This document shows positions 1-10,791 of a stretch of DNA of 64,000 nucleotides, one piece after another. The position numbers were made by a program, and so were the translations under genes. This stretch comes from Octopus bimaculoides (taxonomy: Eukaryota): the NCBI RefSeq assembly GCF_001194135.2, contig NC_068994.1:3156717-3220716 (forward strand), read 5' to 3'. How positions within the stretch are numbered: the stretch's first letter is position 1; every line of letters begins with the position of its first letter. Below the pieces are notes generated by a model. That model was given only the letters and a program-made list of their open reading frames with translations. It did not search any database and had not been told where the DNA came from.

Positions 1-208
1 ATTGATTTTATTGATATTTCAAATTGGCATATGTAGATGATCAGTGCAGTGATGTTGCAAGTGGCAACCTTCACACAAGATGCAACCTCTATTATATTGT
101 GATTTTGGTAAACAGGTTAAATGGTAAATGGTTCAAACTTCACTGGAAATGGGAAAATGACCCCAGTTTGGGTGGTGGATGTGTAATCCTATATATATAT
201 ATAAAATA

Positions 209-239
<31 letters not shown>

Positions 240-256
240 ATTTTTTTTCTCCGTAT

Positions 257-293
257 TCTTTCAGTTGAAGAGCGTAGCTCGAAACGTTAAAGA
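257..293 (+). ncRNA. Minimal hammerhead-like motif, family i (non-canonical core)
   Basis: TCTTT-CAGTTGA-A-GAGC(GTA)GCTC-GAAA-CGT-T-AAAGA. It has a 5-bp stem I, a 4-bp stem II, a palindromic ACGT stem III and a core that deviates from CUGANGA. Confidence 0.5.
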
Positions 294-393
294 CTTTCCG
301 TATTCCCAAGCGTCATACTAATACATCCTTTTGTTGTTTACACCACCTGTCCTCGTCTGTTGTTGTTTTTTTTCGTACATTCTCCCATATATT

Positions 394-428
<35 letters not shown>

Positions 429-1389
429 CTACATCTGTGACCCATCACCTTTATTTCGACCCTGGGTTCTTAGTGAGCTCAAAATAAAGCTTCAATGGAA
501 ACACAGACATGTGAGGTGGTTCAGTACATGTGTGAATGTGGGGAGGGGGTGTCTATGACAGAGTCATGTCAGTGTGAACTGAGTCATGAGGGTCTCTCCT
601 AGCCCCTTTCGTTTTGAGATTTTTTTTGTTTTTAACAGGTTTTTTTTTTCACACCTGTTGTAATGTCTTCAATGTATTCTAACAAAACCTAATAAAACAT
701 AGGGTGGGTGTGAGAGGCTGGATCTGGTTTGTTTTAACATAAAACAGGGAGAGTATTTGGGCCACACATGGACTGATTAAAGGTTAAAGGGCATATTAAA
801 CAATCTAGTCTGGAATACTTGGAGGGAAGGTGAGATGGTCATGGTTGGAACAACTTTGATAAAAGGTCTGCTCAATCAGGGTTGACTTGGGGTTAAATAG
901 CAGCAACCTATTGTCCACGTTCAGCAAATTAATGACTAATTTGTCACTTTATTTCCTTTCATAAACTTTTTCATTCCAGCAGATGACACTGGTACTTACC
1001 TCGCTTTTTTATAGCTACAGATGTTGTTGTTGTTGACATTCAAGTGAATTTGTTCAGCAAATGTCATCCTTGTTGCTGATGTAGACAGAAGGTGGTACAT
1101 ACACATATATGTGCACACACACACACACATGCATATATCACCTTGATAACCTTATGTCTGGTTTTTAACAAACTTGCATAGAGTGGATGTGTGTCACCAT
1201 CTCTCTCCCTCACTTTTCATACACACAACCACATACATACATATTTATATACACACACATATGTATATATATACACATACACATGTATGCATACACATAA
1301 ACACATAAAATACTAAAAACTGCATGCATTAACTGATTAAACGAGAAGCCATTCATTCTTAGCCACAGTTAATCATGTTAGTGTTGGTA

Positions 1390-1430
1390 TAACTGATGAG
1401 GACTAATAAGGCTGAAATATGTCAGAGTTG
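1390..1430 (+). ncRNA. Hammerhead-like motif, family ii (core intact, stem I defective)
   Basis: CTGATGA 1393-1399; GGACT(AATA)AGGCT stem II with one mismatch and one wobble; GAAA 1414-1417; TAT-GTC cleavage triplet 1421-1423. Confidence 0.55.
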
Positions 1431-1965
1431 TCTCACCTTACTGCCAGCATCAAACTCACTCTACACTACAATGTCCACATTCTATTTTTTATCACATCTT
1501 AATTTACAATTTCTGAGTTGCTTCCCTTTCCTTTTGTGACCAGAGTTGATCAATATAGTAATGATTTCTTATCTGAATACATTGAGTATGTTAGCTAGTC
1601 TGTAATCAGTGTCTCAGGCCAAAGTTTGAGCTAAGCCATCAATTAGGCTGAAAGTCAACATCAGTCGATATGTTTTCATGAACCAACAAAGGAATGATTA
1701 CACAATCATTCAGTTTGCTAGAAAAAGCAGTGTATGTGTGTGTGTGTGTATGTATATGAGTGTATGAGTCCATGAGAATATTTATGTTTTGTGATTGCAA
1801 CAACAAGATTCCAGTATTCTTCATCATAATTTCTCTTAACAATAAATCATCCTGTCTCTCTCTGAGATTTCAAAGAAGTGCAGAGTGAAACAACAAAGAA
1901 ACTCCTTAGAAAATTACTATTTGAAAATCTCACAACGAGAGATATTCAGCAACAGTACTTCGGAA

Positions 1966-2207
1966 TAAAGATTGTTTGCCAACATAACATGGCAGCCCTG
2001 GTTTAGGACAAATGTTGCTGTAATTTAGCCCCAGGAGACATCGTCTCCAGCTGGGTATACGACACGATCTGTGTCCTTATATTTTCAAAAAAATAAGGAC
2101 ACAGATTGTGTCCTATAGCCATCTGGAGACGATGTCTCCTGGGGCTAAATTACAGCAACATTTGTCCTAAACCAGGACTGCCATGTTATGTTGGCAAACA
2201 ATCTTTA
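1966..2207. mobile_element. 242-bp foldback (near-perfect palindrome), MITE-like
   Basis: Arms 1966-2080 and 2093-2207 are 115 bp each with 5 mismatches by my count. The loop is 12 nt and TA lies at both outer ends. Confidence 0.85.
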
Positions 2208-3243
2208 CTAGAAAGAAACTCCTGTTTGAGAAACAGTTAAGGATTAACAGCAGAAAAGGGCATCAAGCTGTAAAATTATGCTTCAATATGTATTTGTCTA
2301 ACTGATGCAAGTATGGAAAAACAAATTTCACACGTCAACCACCACAGCCCATTACTGGACCTTACCAGTGATGCTACATATTTCTGGTCATACTAAATAT
2401 TGATTAGTTACAAGGAAATGTAATTCTTTGGCATTTTTACAACTTTAATATTTAGCATTCATGCTGTTTAAATATCTTCAAAACCATGTCAAAGATACAG
2501 AACAAAATATTTTGCAGACAAAGTAAATTTCCAATGCAGTATAACTGTGAAAACAGCAGAAAGATTGGAGATTTTACCCTTATAAGACAGAAAAAAGTTA
2601 TAAGGGTGAACAGCCTATCTTTCTGCTGCCCTTACAGTTATATTGCGTTCGAAATTTACTTTCTTGCTTGTGAAATACCACATTCGACACTTCCAAAGTT
2701 TGTTTATAAAATGACGTACAATAAAATATTTTCTCAAATTATGAAAATGTACCACTGGTGGAGCATACGGCAGTTGTGTGAAGTTTGCAATGAACCACTG
2801 GTGGTACATGCGATGGTTAACATGTTACAAAAAGAAACTGTTATGCGTTCAGTCTTCAGACACATTTGTGCCGAAGGAGGTAGAACAGGCAAGAAAATAT
2901 CAGAGGGGATTCGCTCACAGATACAACCTCACATCTCAACAACAATGGTTTAGTTCAAGGCAAATGTGAAGAATAACAAAAAAAAGGAATTCAGAGAAGA
3001 GTTTTCAAGAGACTCTTCATTAAACACTATGGCATGTCTATGTATATCAGTGTATGTGTGTGTGTGTACAGGTGTGGTTGTGCTTATGTATATATATGTG
3101 TGTGTGTGGGTGTGTGTAGGATATATATATATATATATATATATAATTACTAATTTAATATATAAATTGCTTATTTCCATACTGACTACCTGATAATTAT
3201 CATTAACGTGATTTTTATCCTTATTTGTATGTATGTATGTATG

Positions 3244-3278
<35 letters not shown>

Positions 3279-3302
3279 NNNNNNNNNNAGGAAATGAAAA
3301 AG

Positions 3303-3340
3303 TCTTTAATGTTTCGAGCCTACGCTCTTTCACAGAAAGG
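3303..3340 (-). ncRNA. Hammerhead-like motif, family i
   Basis: The minus strand reads CCTTT-CTGTGAA-A-GAGC(GTAG)GCTC-GAAAC-AT-T-AAAGA, homologous to 257-293. Confidence 0.45.
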
Positions 3341-3732
3341 AACAGGGAGAGAAAATAAAGAATGTGTAGTGGCTAGCGATCTATCATGGCAACTATGTGT
3401 GTGTGCTGTTTATGAACCATCACTGATAAACAGGGTAACTGTTAAGAAGTATTGATATATTCAACAATAAGTACAGCTTGTGTCCATTGAACAGAGGATA
3501 AATATGAACATTGTGTATACATGAATGTGTATGGTATGTACATATATACATATGCACATACACACACACGTTTATTTATTTACACATATATATACACGTG
3601 TGTGTGTGTACTTTTGCTATGAAGTCCCAGACATTTTACACAATTATTTAAGAATCATCTTATCAAAAGATGCTTCAGTGTTACACTTAAACTTACTTTA
3701 CAATTACCTCGGTTTAACAATATATATAATCA

Positions 3733-3945
3733 CCATTATCATTTAGTATCCATTTTCCATGCTAGCATGGGTTGGATGGTTTTTGACGGAAGCTACCAAG
3801 GCTGGGAGATGCACCAGACTCCATTGTCTGTTTTGCCATGGTTTCTACTGCTGGATGCCCTTCCTAATGGCAACCACTTCGCAAGAGTGTACTGGGTGTT
3901 TTTTATACATGGCACCAGCCCCAGTGCTTTTTATGTGGCACCCCT
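3733..3945 (-). mobile_element. RTE-type tail copy (5'-truncated LINE or tail-sharing SINE)
   Basis: Conserved GCTGGATGCCCTTCCTAA and CCATGCTAGCATGGGTTGGA blocks. Confidence 0.8.
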
Positions 3946-4106
3946 TAGCTGGGAGTGGGGAGCAGAACTGAGGGGTTTAGCTTTGTGCCAGTTGATGAGA
4001 GAATAAAAGTATAGAAGGGCAGTGATAAGTGTCTCGCTGTAGAGTAGGGACATGGTAAAGAAAGGAAGGTAAGTTAGAAACTCAGATCAAGAGAGCAGGT
4101 GATATA

Positions 4107-4258
4107 CCATAACGCAAGGAACCCTTTTTTGTCAAAAATTAGGTTAAAAAATATGTGAGTTTCTTATACATGGATAGCATTATAATCCCTTACAAAACCT
4201 TTTTTCAAAATTTTAAGCCCAAAAAGTTAGGGGGTTCCTTATACACATTAAAATATGG
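4107..4258. mobile_element. TA-flanked MITE (Tc1/mariner-pogo-like), copy 1
   Basis: The right TIR is GGGGTTCCTTATACACATTAAAATATGG-TA and the left TIR is partly deleted. The interior is nearly the same as 16830-16982. Confidence 0.7.
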
Positions 4259-4435
4259 TATTTCTTAGCTACAATAGTGACAACATGAATTTCTTCCATC
4301 TTCTTGCTCTGTTAAAATATTCAAGAAAAATTATATTAATGTGTCCTACTTGTTAAAATTCCATTTATTTATTTGTGCAGCTGAAGATGGCATTGCATTT
4401 AAATTGATGTAATGATTGCATCACACACACCATAC

Positions 4436-4812
4436 AGGTGTGGCTGTGTGATGAGAAGTTTATTTTCTAACATGGTTTCAGGTTCAGTCCCACTGCGTGG
4501 CCCCTTGGGCGAGTGTCTTCTACTACAGCCTTCGGTCGACCAAAGCCTTGTCAGTTGATTTGGTAGATAGAAACTGAAGGAAGCCCATCATATATATGTG
4601 TGAAGAGAGAGAGAGACAGACAGACAGACAGATACAGAGTAAGAGAAAGGGTGAGAGAGAAAGAGAGACAGATATGTGTGTGTGTGTTACTGCCTCCTTA
4701 CCTAGAAACAGACTAGTGTTGGTGACAGGAAAGGCATTTGGCTGTAGAAAATCTGCCTCAACAAAATTCTATCCAACTCATGAGCATAGGGAAGTGGACA
4801 TTAAACAAATGA
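4436..4812 (+). mobile_element. SINE family B head/core joined to an RTE-type tail
   Basis: Head and core at about 4436-4597, then a microsatellite, then GTTGGTGACAGGAAAGGCATTTGGCTGTAGAAAATCTGCCTCAA. Confidence 0.72.
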
Positions 4813-4852
4813 CAATATATATGTATGTGTGTGTGTATACACACACACACAT

Positions 4853-5175
4853 ACATAGATTGCATATCTGATTTGGACCACCAAGAGCTGGAGTTAAGTT
4901 CTGATCTTTGTGGATCTTAAAATGTCTTTTGAGACCTTCATTAGATTTACGGACCTTATGGCATACACGGCATTGAAAGGTGTGCACAGATATATATGGG
5001 CAGAGTAGTTAGTTAATGGAGGTTCGTTTTTCAAATCAGATATGCAATCTATGTGGGTGTCTCTCCAATACATTGTCTGGCTTAAAAAGCCACATCAGAT
5101 GCCATGGTGGATCTAACGTGTAAGTACAAGAGGTGGTTAGACTCTGCTTAATGAGTAGACAACCACACACACACG
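4853..5175. mobile_element. Retroelement-like 3' end encoding two C2H2 fingers, 5' part inverted
   Basis: Minus 4972-4910 encodes CRVCHKVRKSNEGLKRHFKIH. Plus 5043-5105 encodes CNLCGCLSNTLSGLKSHIRCH, then a stop at 5121, a short UTR and an (AC)n tail. A perfect 23-bp inverted duplication lies at 4853-4875 / 5032-5054. Confidence 0.65.
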
Positions 5176-5595
5176 CACTGAGAGTGATTTATACAGTTTC
5201 TACTGAACAGGTCACATAGATGAAACAGTTCAAAACATTCACCAATAAATATAATGTTTATGAAATAAAAGTCAATTATACAGTCACTGTGGAAAAAATT
5301 CTATATGCCACGTGATATGTCCTCACTTTTAAATAGGATATATACAGCAATGAATATGCTTTAACATTGACCAATGAAGGAAATCTAAATGTCCTCGAAA
5401 AATTTTTGGATGTCTTCCCTTCAACAATGTGTATTTATAAATAAATAGTTTGTTTACTCATAAATGAATGTGACAGATAGAAAAAAATATCTTAGTCTTA
5501 TAGTTTCACCAATGCACAAAGGCATATATGTAAAAAATTAACTGTACATCAACAAATGAACAGGATGTGTATGTATATATATATATATGTGTATG

Positions 5596-5636
<41 letters not shown>

Positions 5637-5913
5637 TCAACCAACATAAAATGTAAATTAACAAATGGTTATGGTGTATACATCAAAATTACGTGTTAGA
5701 GTAATTAATGAGCAAATGTGTATGTATGTGTGTGTGTAATATGTATATGGTTATGTGTACAAATGGAAGGAGTACTCAATACAGAAAGTAGTGTATATAT
5801 TTATTGAAAAACAGTCTGGATTCATTCTGTCATTACTCAGAGTTTCAGTTATACATGTGAAGTATGTGACTCTCTGATAACTTGAGTAATAAGAGAGTGT
5901 ATTTACCATTTTT

Positions 5914-5963
<50 letters not shown>

Positions 5964-5970
5964 ACACACA

Positions 5971-6003
<33 letters not shown>

Positions 6004-6788
6004 TGTGTGTGTGTACATACACATAGATAAATATATGCATATAAATGCATACTCTATACATGTTACAGTGTGTATAATTGTATGATACATGCAACCGGTG
6101 CCTTCTGCAACAAACAAAAATGGCAATCTATAAAATAACAGTGAACTATCAACAATGCTTTGTTCACAGATCAATGAACATACAAGTCAGTAAACACAGA
6201 TTAATTAACACAAATCAATGAACACTTTATAGGTCCAAAGGATGTGAATAACCTCCAATAAATAAGTCACCATTATGAAAAGTCCAGATTCTCCTCGTTC
6301 CATGTAGGGATCATGACAGTGAGGGGTCCAGTGTTGAGGTCACCATAGTGATGGTTTCTATGGAGAGGTCACCATAGTGTAAAGGTCAGTGAAGTCTTAT
6401 GAAAGCTGCACAATTTGCACAAGAGAATCCTGTTGTTATAATTATCAAATTAGGCAAATTTTCTTTATTTTCATTATCATTATAATCATCCTCCTCTTCC
6501 TCTACCTACTCTCGTTATGAGTTTTAATGATTATGTTATCATAGTGTCATGGATTCAAGTGCCTACTGTCCCTTTCTCTAACATTTCTGACCATAACCCC
6601 TGGAAAATTCAAGGTACACAACCATCACCCAATAACAACAACTACAATAACAACAACATAAAAAAAATCTGTCCCACATATCCTTTTGACTTGGAAAGCT
6701 GGTACCATGTCCTCACAGACAACATGTCTGCATTGGAAAGGCAAAAGAAAGAATGAAGAAATGGTGAACAGAGAAAGAGTGAAGATGG

Positions 6789-7480
6789 CTAAGTGTGGGA
6801 ATGGTTCATGTTTTTCATTTGCTTTCCCCCATTACAGCAATTGGTGACATTACTATTCCATTTGGGGTACATTCTCGTACACATCTGGCAGTCATCCAGG
6901 ATTTGTTCTGGACACATGTTGCCAGCCATGTTTGAGTTCATGCAAGTGTTTTTTTGCGACCGAGACGACACATTCTCCGGAGGGCCGCGCTGACACATAC
7001 CGTGACCAGTCGCTGGATTCATCGATAGATTTGAGGACATTGGTTGGTTGGACAGCTGTGAGCACTGACACTGACAAATCGCCACAGATGGTGAGGCCAT
7101 GCACGGTGCCTGGCAAGGAAGCATGCAGTTAGACGAAGAACAGGCAGACATTGATGACGAATGTTGACACTGGTTGTTGGCCGAAGCGTTTGACTGTTGA
7201 TACGTCGTCGACCGCTGTAAGTCCTCGCTACTATGGCTTCGTTCGTGCTTTATCATGTGCACCCTCTGAGGAAACCCTTTGCCACAGACTGTACAAATGA
7301 ACGGCTTCTCTCCAGAATGAGTTCTTTGGTGAATGGTCAAATGTGCCTTCTGGGCAAAGGATTTATGGCATGTGTCACAGCTGTAGATTTTCTCTCCTGT
7401 GTGTGTACGATGGTGGTTGTTCAGATGGCTCCTCTGTGAAAATGATTTGTTGCACGTAAAACAAGTATATGGTCGCTCCC
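6789..7480 (-). CDS. ZNF-A coding exon 2: 3 further C2H2 fingers plus a Cys/Met/Asn-rich C-terminal tail
   Basis: Polypyrimidine acceptor TTTTCTGTTTCTTTCTGTAG| with AG at 7482-7481. The phase-1 join restores the linker TG-ERP. 847+692 nt = 513 codons (512 aa plus stop). The ORF-track start at 7535 is intronic. Confidence 0.92.
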
Positions 7481-7788
7481 CTACAGAAAGAAACAGAAAA
7501 AAAAACTCATAAATATTATGACAAAGTTTATACATAGATATGTGTTTGTGTGTGTGTGTGTGTGTGTGTTAAGACCAATCATTCTGGTTGCATAAAGCAC
7601 CCATGGCAGTGCCACATAAAAGCACCCAACACACTCTGTAAAGTGGTTGGTGTTGGGAAGGACGTCCAGCCATAGAAACCATGCCAAATCAGAGTGGAGT
7701 CTGGTGCAGGTCTGTGACTTGTCAGCTCTGGTCACACTGTCCAACCCATGCCAGCATGGACAACAGACATTAAATGATGAGGATGATG

Positions 7789-7827
<39 letters not shown>

Positions 7828-8867
7828 NNNNNNNNNNNNNNNNNNNNNNNNNNNNNNNNNNNNNNNNNNNNNNNNNNNNNNNNNNNNNNNNNNNNNNNNN
7901 NNNNNNNTATATATATACATGAGGTGCATTAAAAAGGTAGCCAACTTGTTTTTTCCTGCCAAAACTAAGGTCACATGGGCAAAATTATTTGGGTGGGAGG
8001 TGATGCCACACTTCATGTGCATGCATGAAAATTTTTGCCCCAGTAGGCTACGTCAGTTCCCAGCTGTTACACCTAGAGTACGGACATGTAGTAAGCACTG
8101 GGTCGATGTAATTGACTTTCCTTCAATCCCCAAATTGCTGGCCTTGGACCAAAATTTGAAACTGATATCAAAGGATATTTCACACACACACACACACACA
8201 CAAAGATGTAAGGAGAAAGAAGAGTGATCCACTGAGTCAATTCCTGGTAAATATTTTGTCAAGCTCTTGGAACTGACTTCAAAAGGATTTGAACCTCAAA
8301 ATAGAATGACTCAACTTGATTAAATGAAATATCAGCTGACATGGCAGAAATACTGAATAAACAAACATATCAACCCCTGTTGTGAGTGAATGTTGATCAT
8401 GTATCTACACATGTTTCTAGAGGTCAGGGTAAGAATTTGTTGAGGAAGACTAACAGTTGCTCACTCATGCAGTCAAGTTTACCTTCCAACCCCCACCCCA
8501 CCCCCACCACCACAGAATGTTATCTCCAGGAAAAAGACCACCAAGTGGGGCCAATACAGATTGACAATAATGTCACCGCAGGCAATGCTGTTAGAAGGTA
8601 AAAGGTCAGAACAGACACCACAAGGCACCTCCACACAACTCTTTAGGGGTCCCACCAATCTACTCACATGGTTTCTACTCTTTTTTTGTCAGCCCCAAAA
8701 CAATAAAAGGCAAACTTGACCCCAGCAGGATTTGAACCCAGATCACAGTCAGAACAAATACCCTAATAACTCCAATAATCTCTCTTACATAAAACATAAA
8801 TCCCTAATAATTGGGTCCCTCTTATTAATTTGTTTGGGATGGGGACAGAAAAGGTCTGTTTACTTAC
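7481..8867 (-). other. GT-AG phase-1 intron of ZNF-A, lying inside a TGERP linker
   Basis: Consensus donor and acceptor with frame-compatible flanks. It contains an RTE-type tail, a SINE 3' half, (TA)n and an N gap. Confidence 0.9.
7588..7790 (+). mobile_element. RTE-type tail copy inside the ZNF-A intron
   Basis: AAAAGCACCC…GGAAGGACGTCCAGCCATAGAAAC…CCAACCCATGCCAGCATGG…(GAT)n. Confidence 0.82.
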
Positions 8868-9247
8868 CTGTGTGCGTTCTGATGTGGTTGCGTAAGTGAG
8901 AACGTTGCGCAAATGCCTTGCAGCAAAATGTGCAATGGAATGGTCTCTCGCCTGTGTGCACTCGTTCATGGTTGCTGAGGTGGTCCCGCTGTGCAAATGC
9001 TTTTGAACAGTAAGTGCAGTGATAGGGTTTTTCTCCCGAGTGAATCCTCGAATGAACTTTCAAGTGGACCTTTTGAGCAAAAGCTTTGGGACAAGAAGGG
9101 CATTGAAAGGGTCGAACACCTGTGTGAGTCAGTTCGTGGTTTTTCAGGAACACTTTCTGAGAAAAGGTTTTCATGCAAAAACTGCAGGTGAAATGCTTCA
9201 AAGGAGCAGCAGAAGCAGAGATGTTCTGTCCATCTCCGGTGCCAGAG

Positions 9248-9300
<53 letters not shown>

Positions 9301-9714
9301 AGCATGTTCATGGTTGCTAAGGTTTGCTTTCCTAGAGAAAGACTTACGACAGACATCACATTTAAATGGTTTATCTGAACTACTAGTTCCAGTGCTACTG
9401 CTGCTACTAATACTACTAGTAAGACCACTAACGACACCACTAGTGATACCACCACCACCACCACCAACACCACTGCCACCAATTGGAGTGGTACTGTCAC
9501 TGTAGGCAACACTAGGAGACGTATTCGACACTTGATGCTCAGAAGAGTCAATAGGTTGGTTCTGTGTGTTTGCAATATTTTTAGAATGTGTTTTACTTGC
9601 AGTGTGATGGTGGTGATGGTGACGATGGTGAGGGCTGGACTGGTAAAACGCTTGGTTATGGATATCAAACTGAAACTGGTTACCCATCGGATACATGGGT
9701 TGGATTGAATACAT
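8868..9714 (-). CDS. ZNF-A coding exon 1: C2H2 zinc-finger protein (N-terminal His/Gly/Ser-rich region, 1 broken finger, poly-Ala, 4 intact fingers)
   Basis: ATG at 9714. There are four C-x2-C-x12-H-x3-H fingers with TGVRP/SGEKP/TGERP linkers. The ORF ends ...RTHTG followed by a consensus donor G|GTAAGT (GT at 8867-8866), so the ORF-track stop is intronic. Confidence 0.93.
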
Positions 9715-10753
9715 GATGTCTGGTGTGGCTGACCAATGAGGCCGTCTCTAGAATCAATAATGCTGTGTATCTTGTGAGGCTTTTAAATTTGCAACAGACT
9801 ATTTTCTTCAGGCTGGTCCTTCATTTCTTAAACACATCCTCATCCTTGTCTGTCTAGCATCCCTAATTAATTCTGTATAAATGTACTGCTTGCTTTCAAA
9901 TTACTAAATCATAACATGACTCTAAATGATCAAGGAGTTCAATATAATGCTAATTATAATAATGCTCTGTTAATTAATCATAAAGCTATAATTATGAAGA
10001 ATATTTTGGCCAAGGAGCTGGTGCAGTTCCTACTGCTGAATTCCTGAATTTACAAGTTTATTTCAAACTGTGTTTGCTTGGCTTAATCAAATGTTTAACG
10101 AAGACATGGTAACCCACCTCAGGAAAACCAGCTTCATTAAGCAACTACAAGAACAGCGAGAGAAATTTAACACAAATGCCTTGAAGATAAACTGTGAACT
10201 TCTCTGGACCACAAGTTACTGGTTATTATTATGGGTCAAAGACAACAGATGTTTATATTATTGTAAGTTAAACAAGGAGAGATTTAAGTGGTGGAAATAG
10301 GGACATGATAGGGAGCTGGTTCAATGACAAAAAGATGATACTGTAAACTCTTCCAGAAAACAGAAAATGTTATTTCAGGATTAGCGTTGGTGACATTTCT
10401 GACACGTCTATCTCTCTCTTGTTTAAGGCCATCGTATGGGAGTGACACTCCTGGTTATTCCTGTAAATATAAATTTAAGACATGACACACAGATGTAAAA
10501 GCAATAACAATTACAACCAAATCTAAAAAGAAAGGCACTTTTTTCCGTCTTGTGAACACATAGGTAAATCTCTGCCTAGTTTTCATATGTAAAATGGATC
10601 TCTGTTGGAATTCTGTAGTTAAAACAAGTTGTGTCTTATATTCCACCAAGATATCTCAGACCTTAGACAAGTATATCATCTCCCCCATGTCTGTATATTA
10701 AAACACCGTGAGACATTAATTGTTGGGGTACAATGTACCTAGACAGCAAGGGA

Positions 10754-10791
<38 letters not shown>

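Noticed and set aside
2486-2953. 155-aa ORF
   Set aside because: I recognise no motif. The interior has a short inverted GTACCACTGGTGG repeat more suggestive of a decayed DNA transposon, but the ends could not be defined.
7918-8040. Possible second mariner-family terminus (TA-CATGAGGTGCATTAAAAAGGTA)
   Set aside because: There is only one TIR-like end next to a gap, with no partner end or transposase relic.
6892-9668. Antisense and alternate-frame ORFs over ZNF-A (e.g. 9019-9378, 9173-9505, 9198-9668, 6892-7116)
   Set aside because: These are shadows of the real CDS and its (GCA)n repeat, with no independent protein signal.
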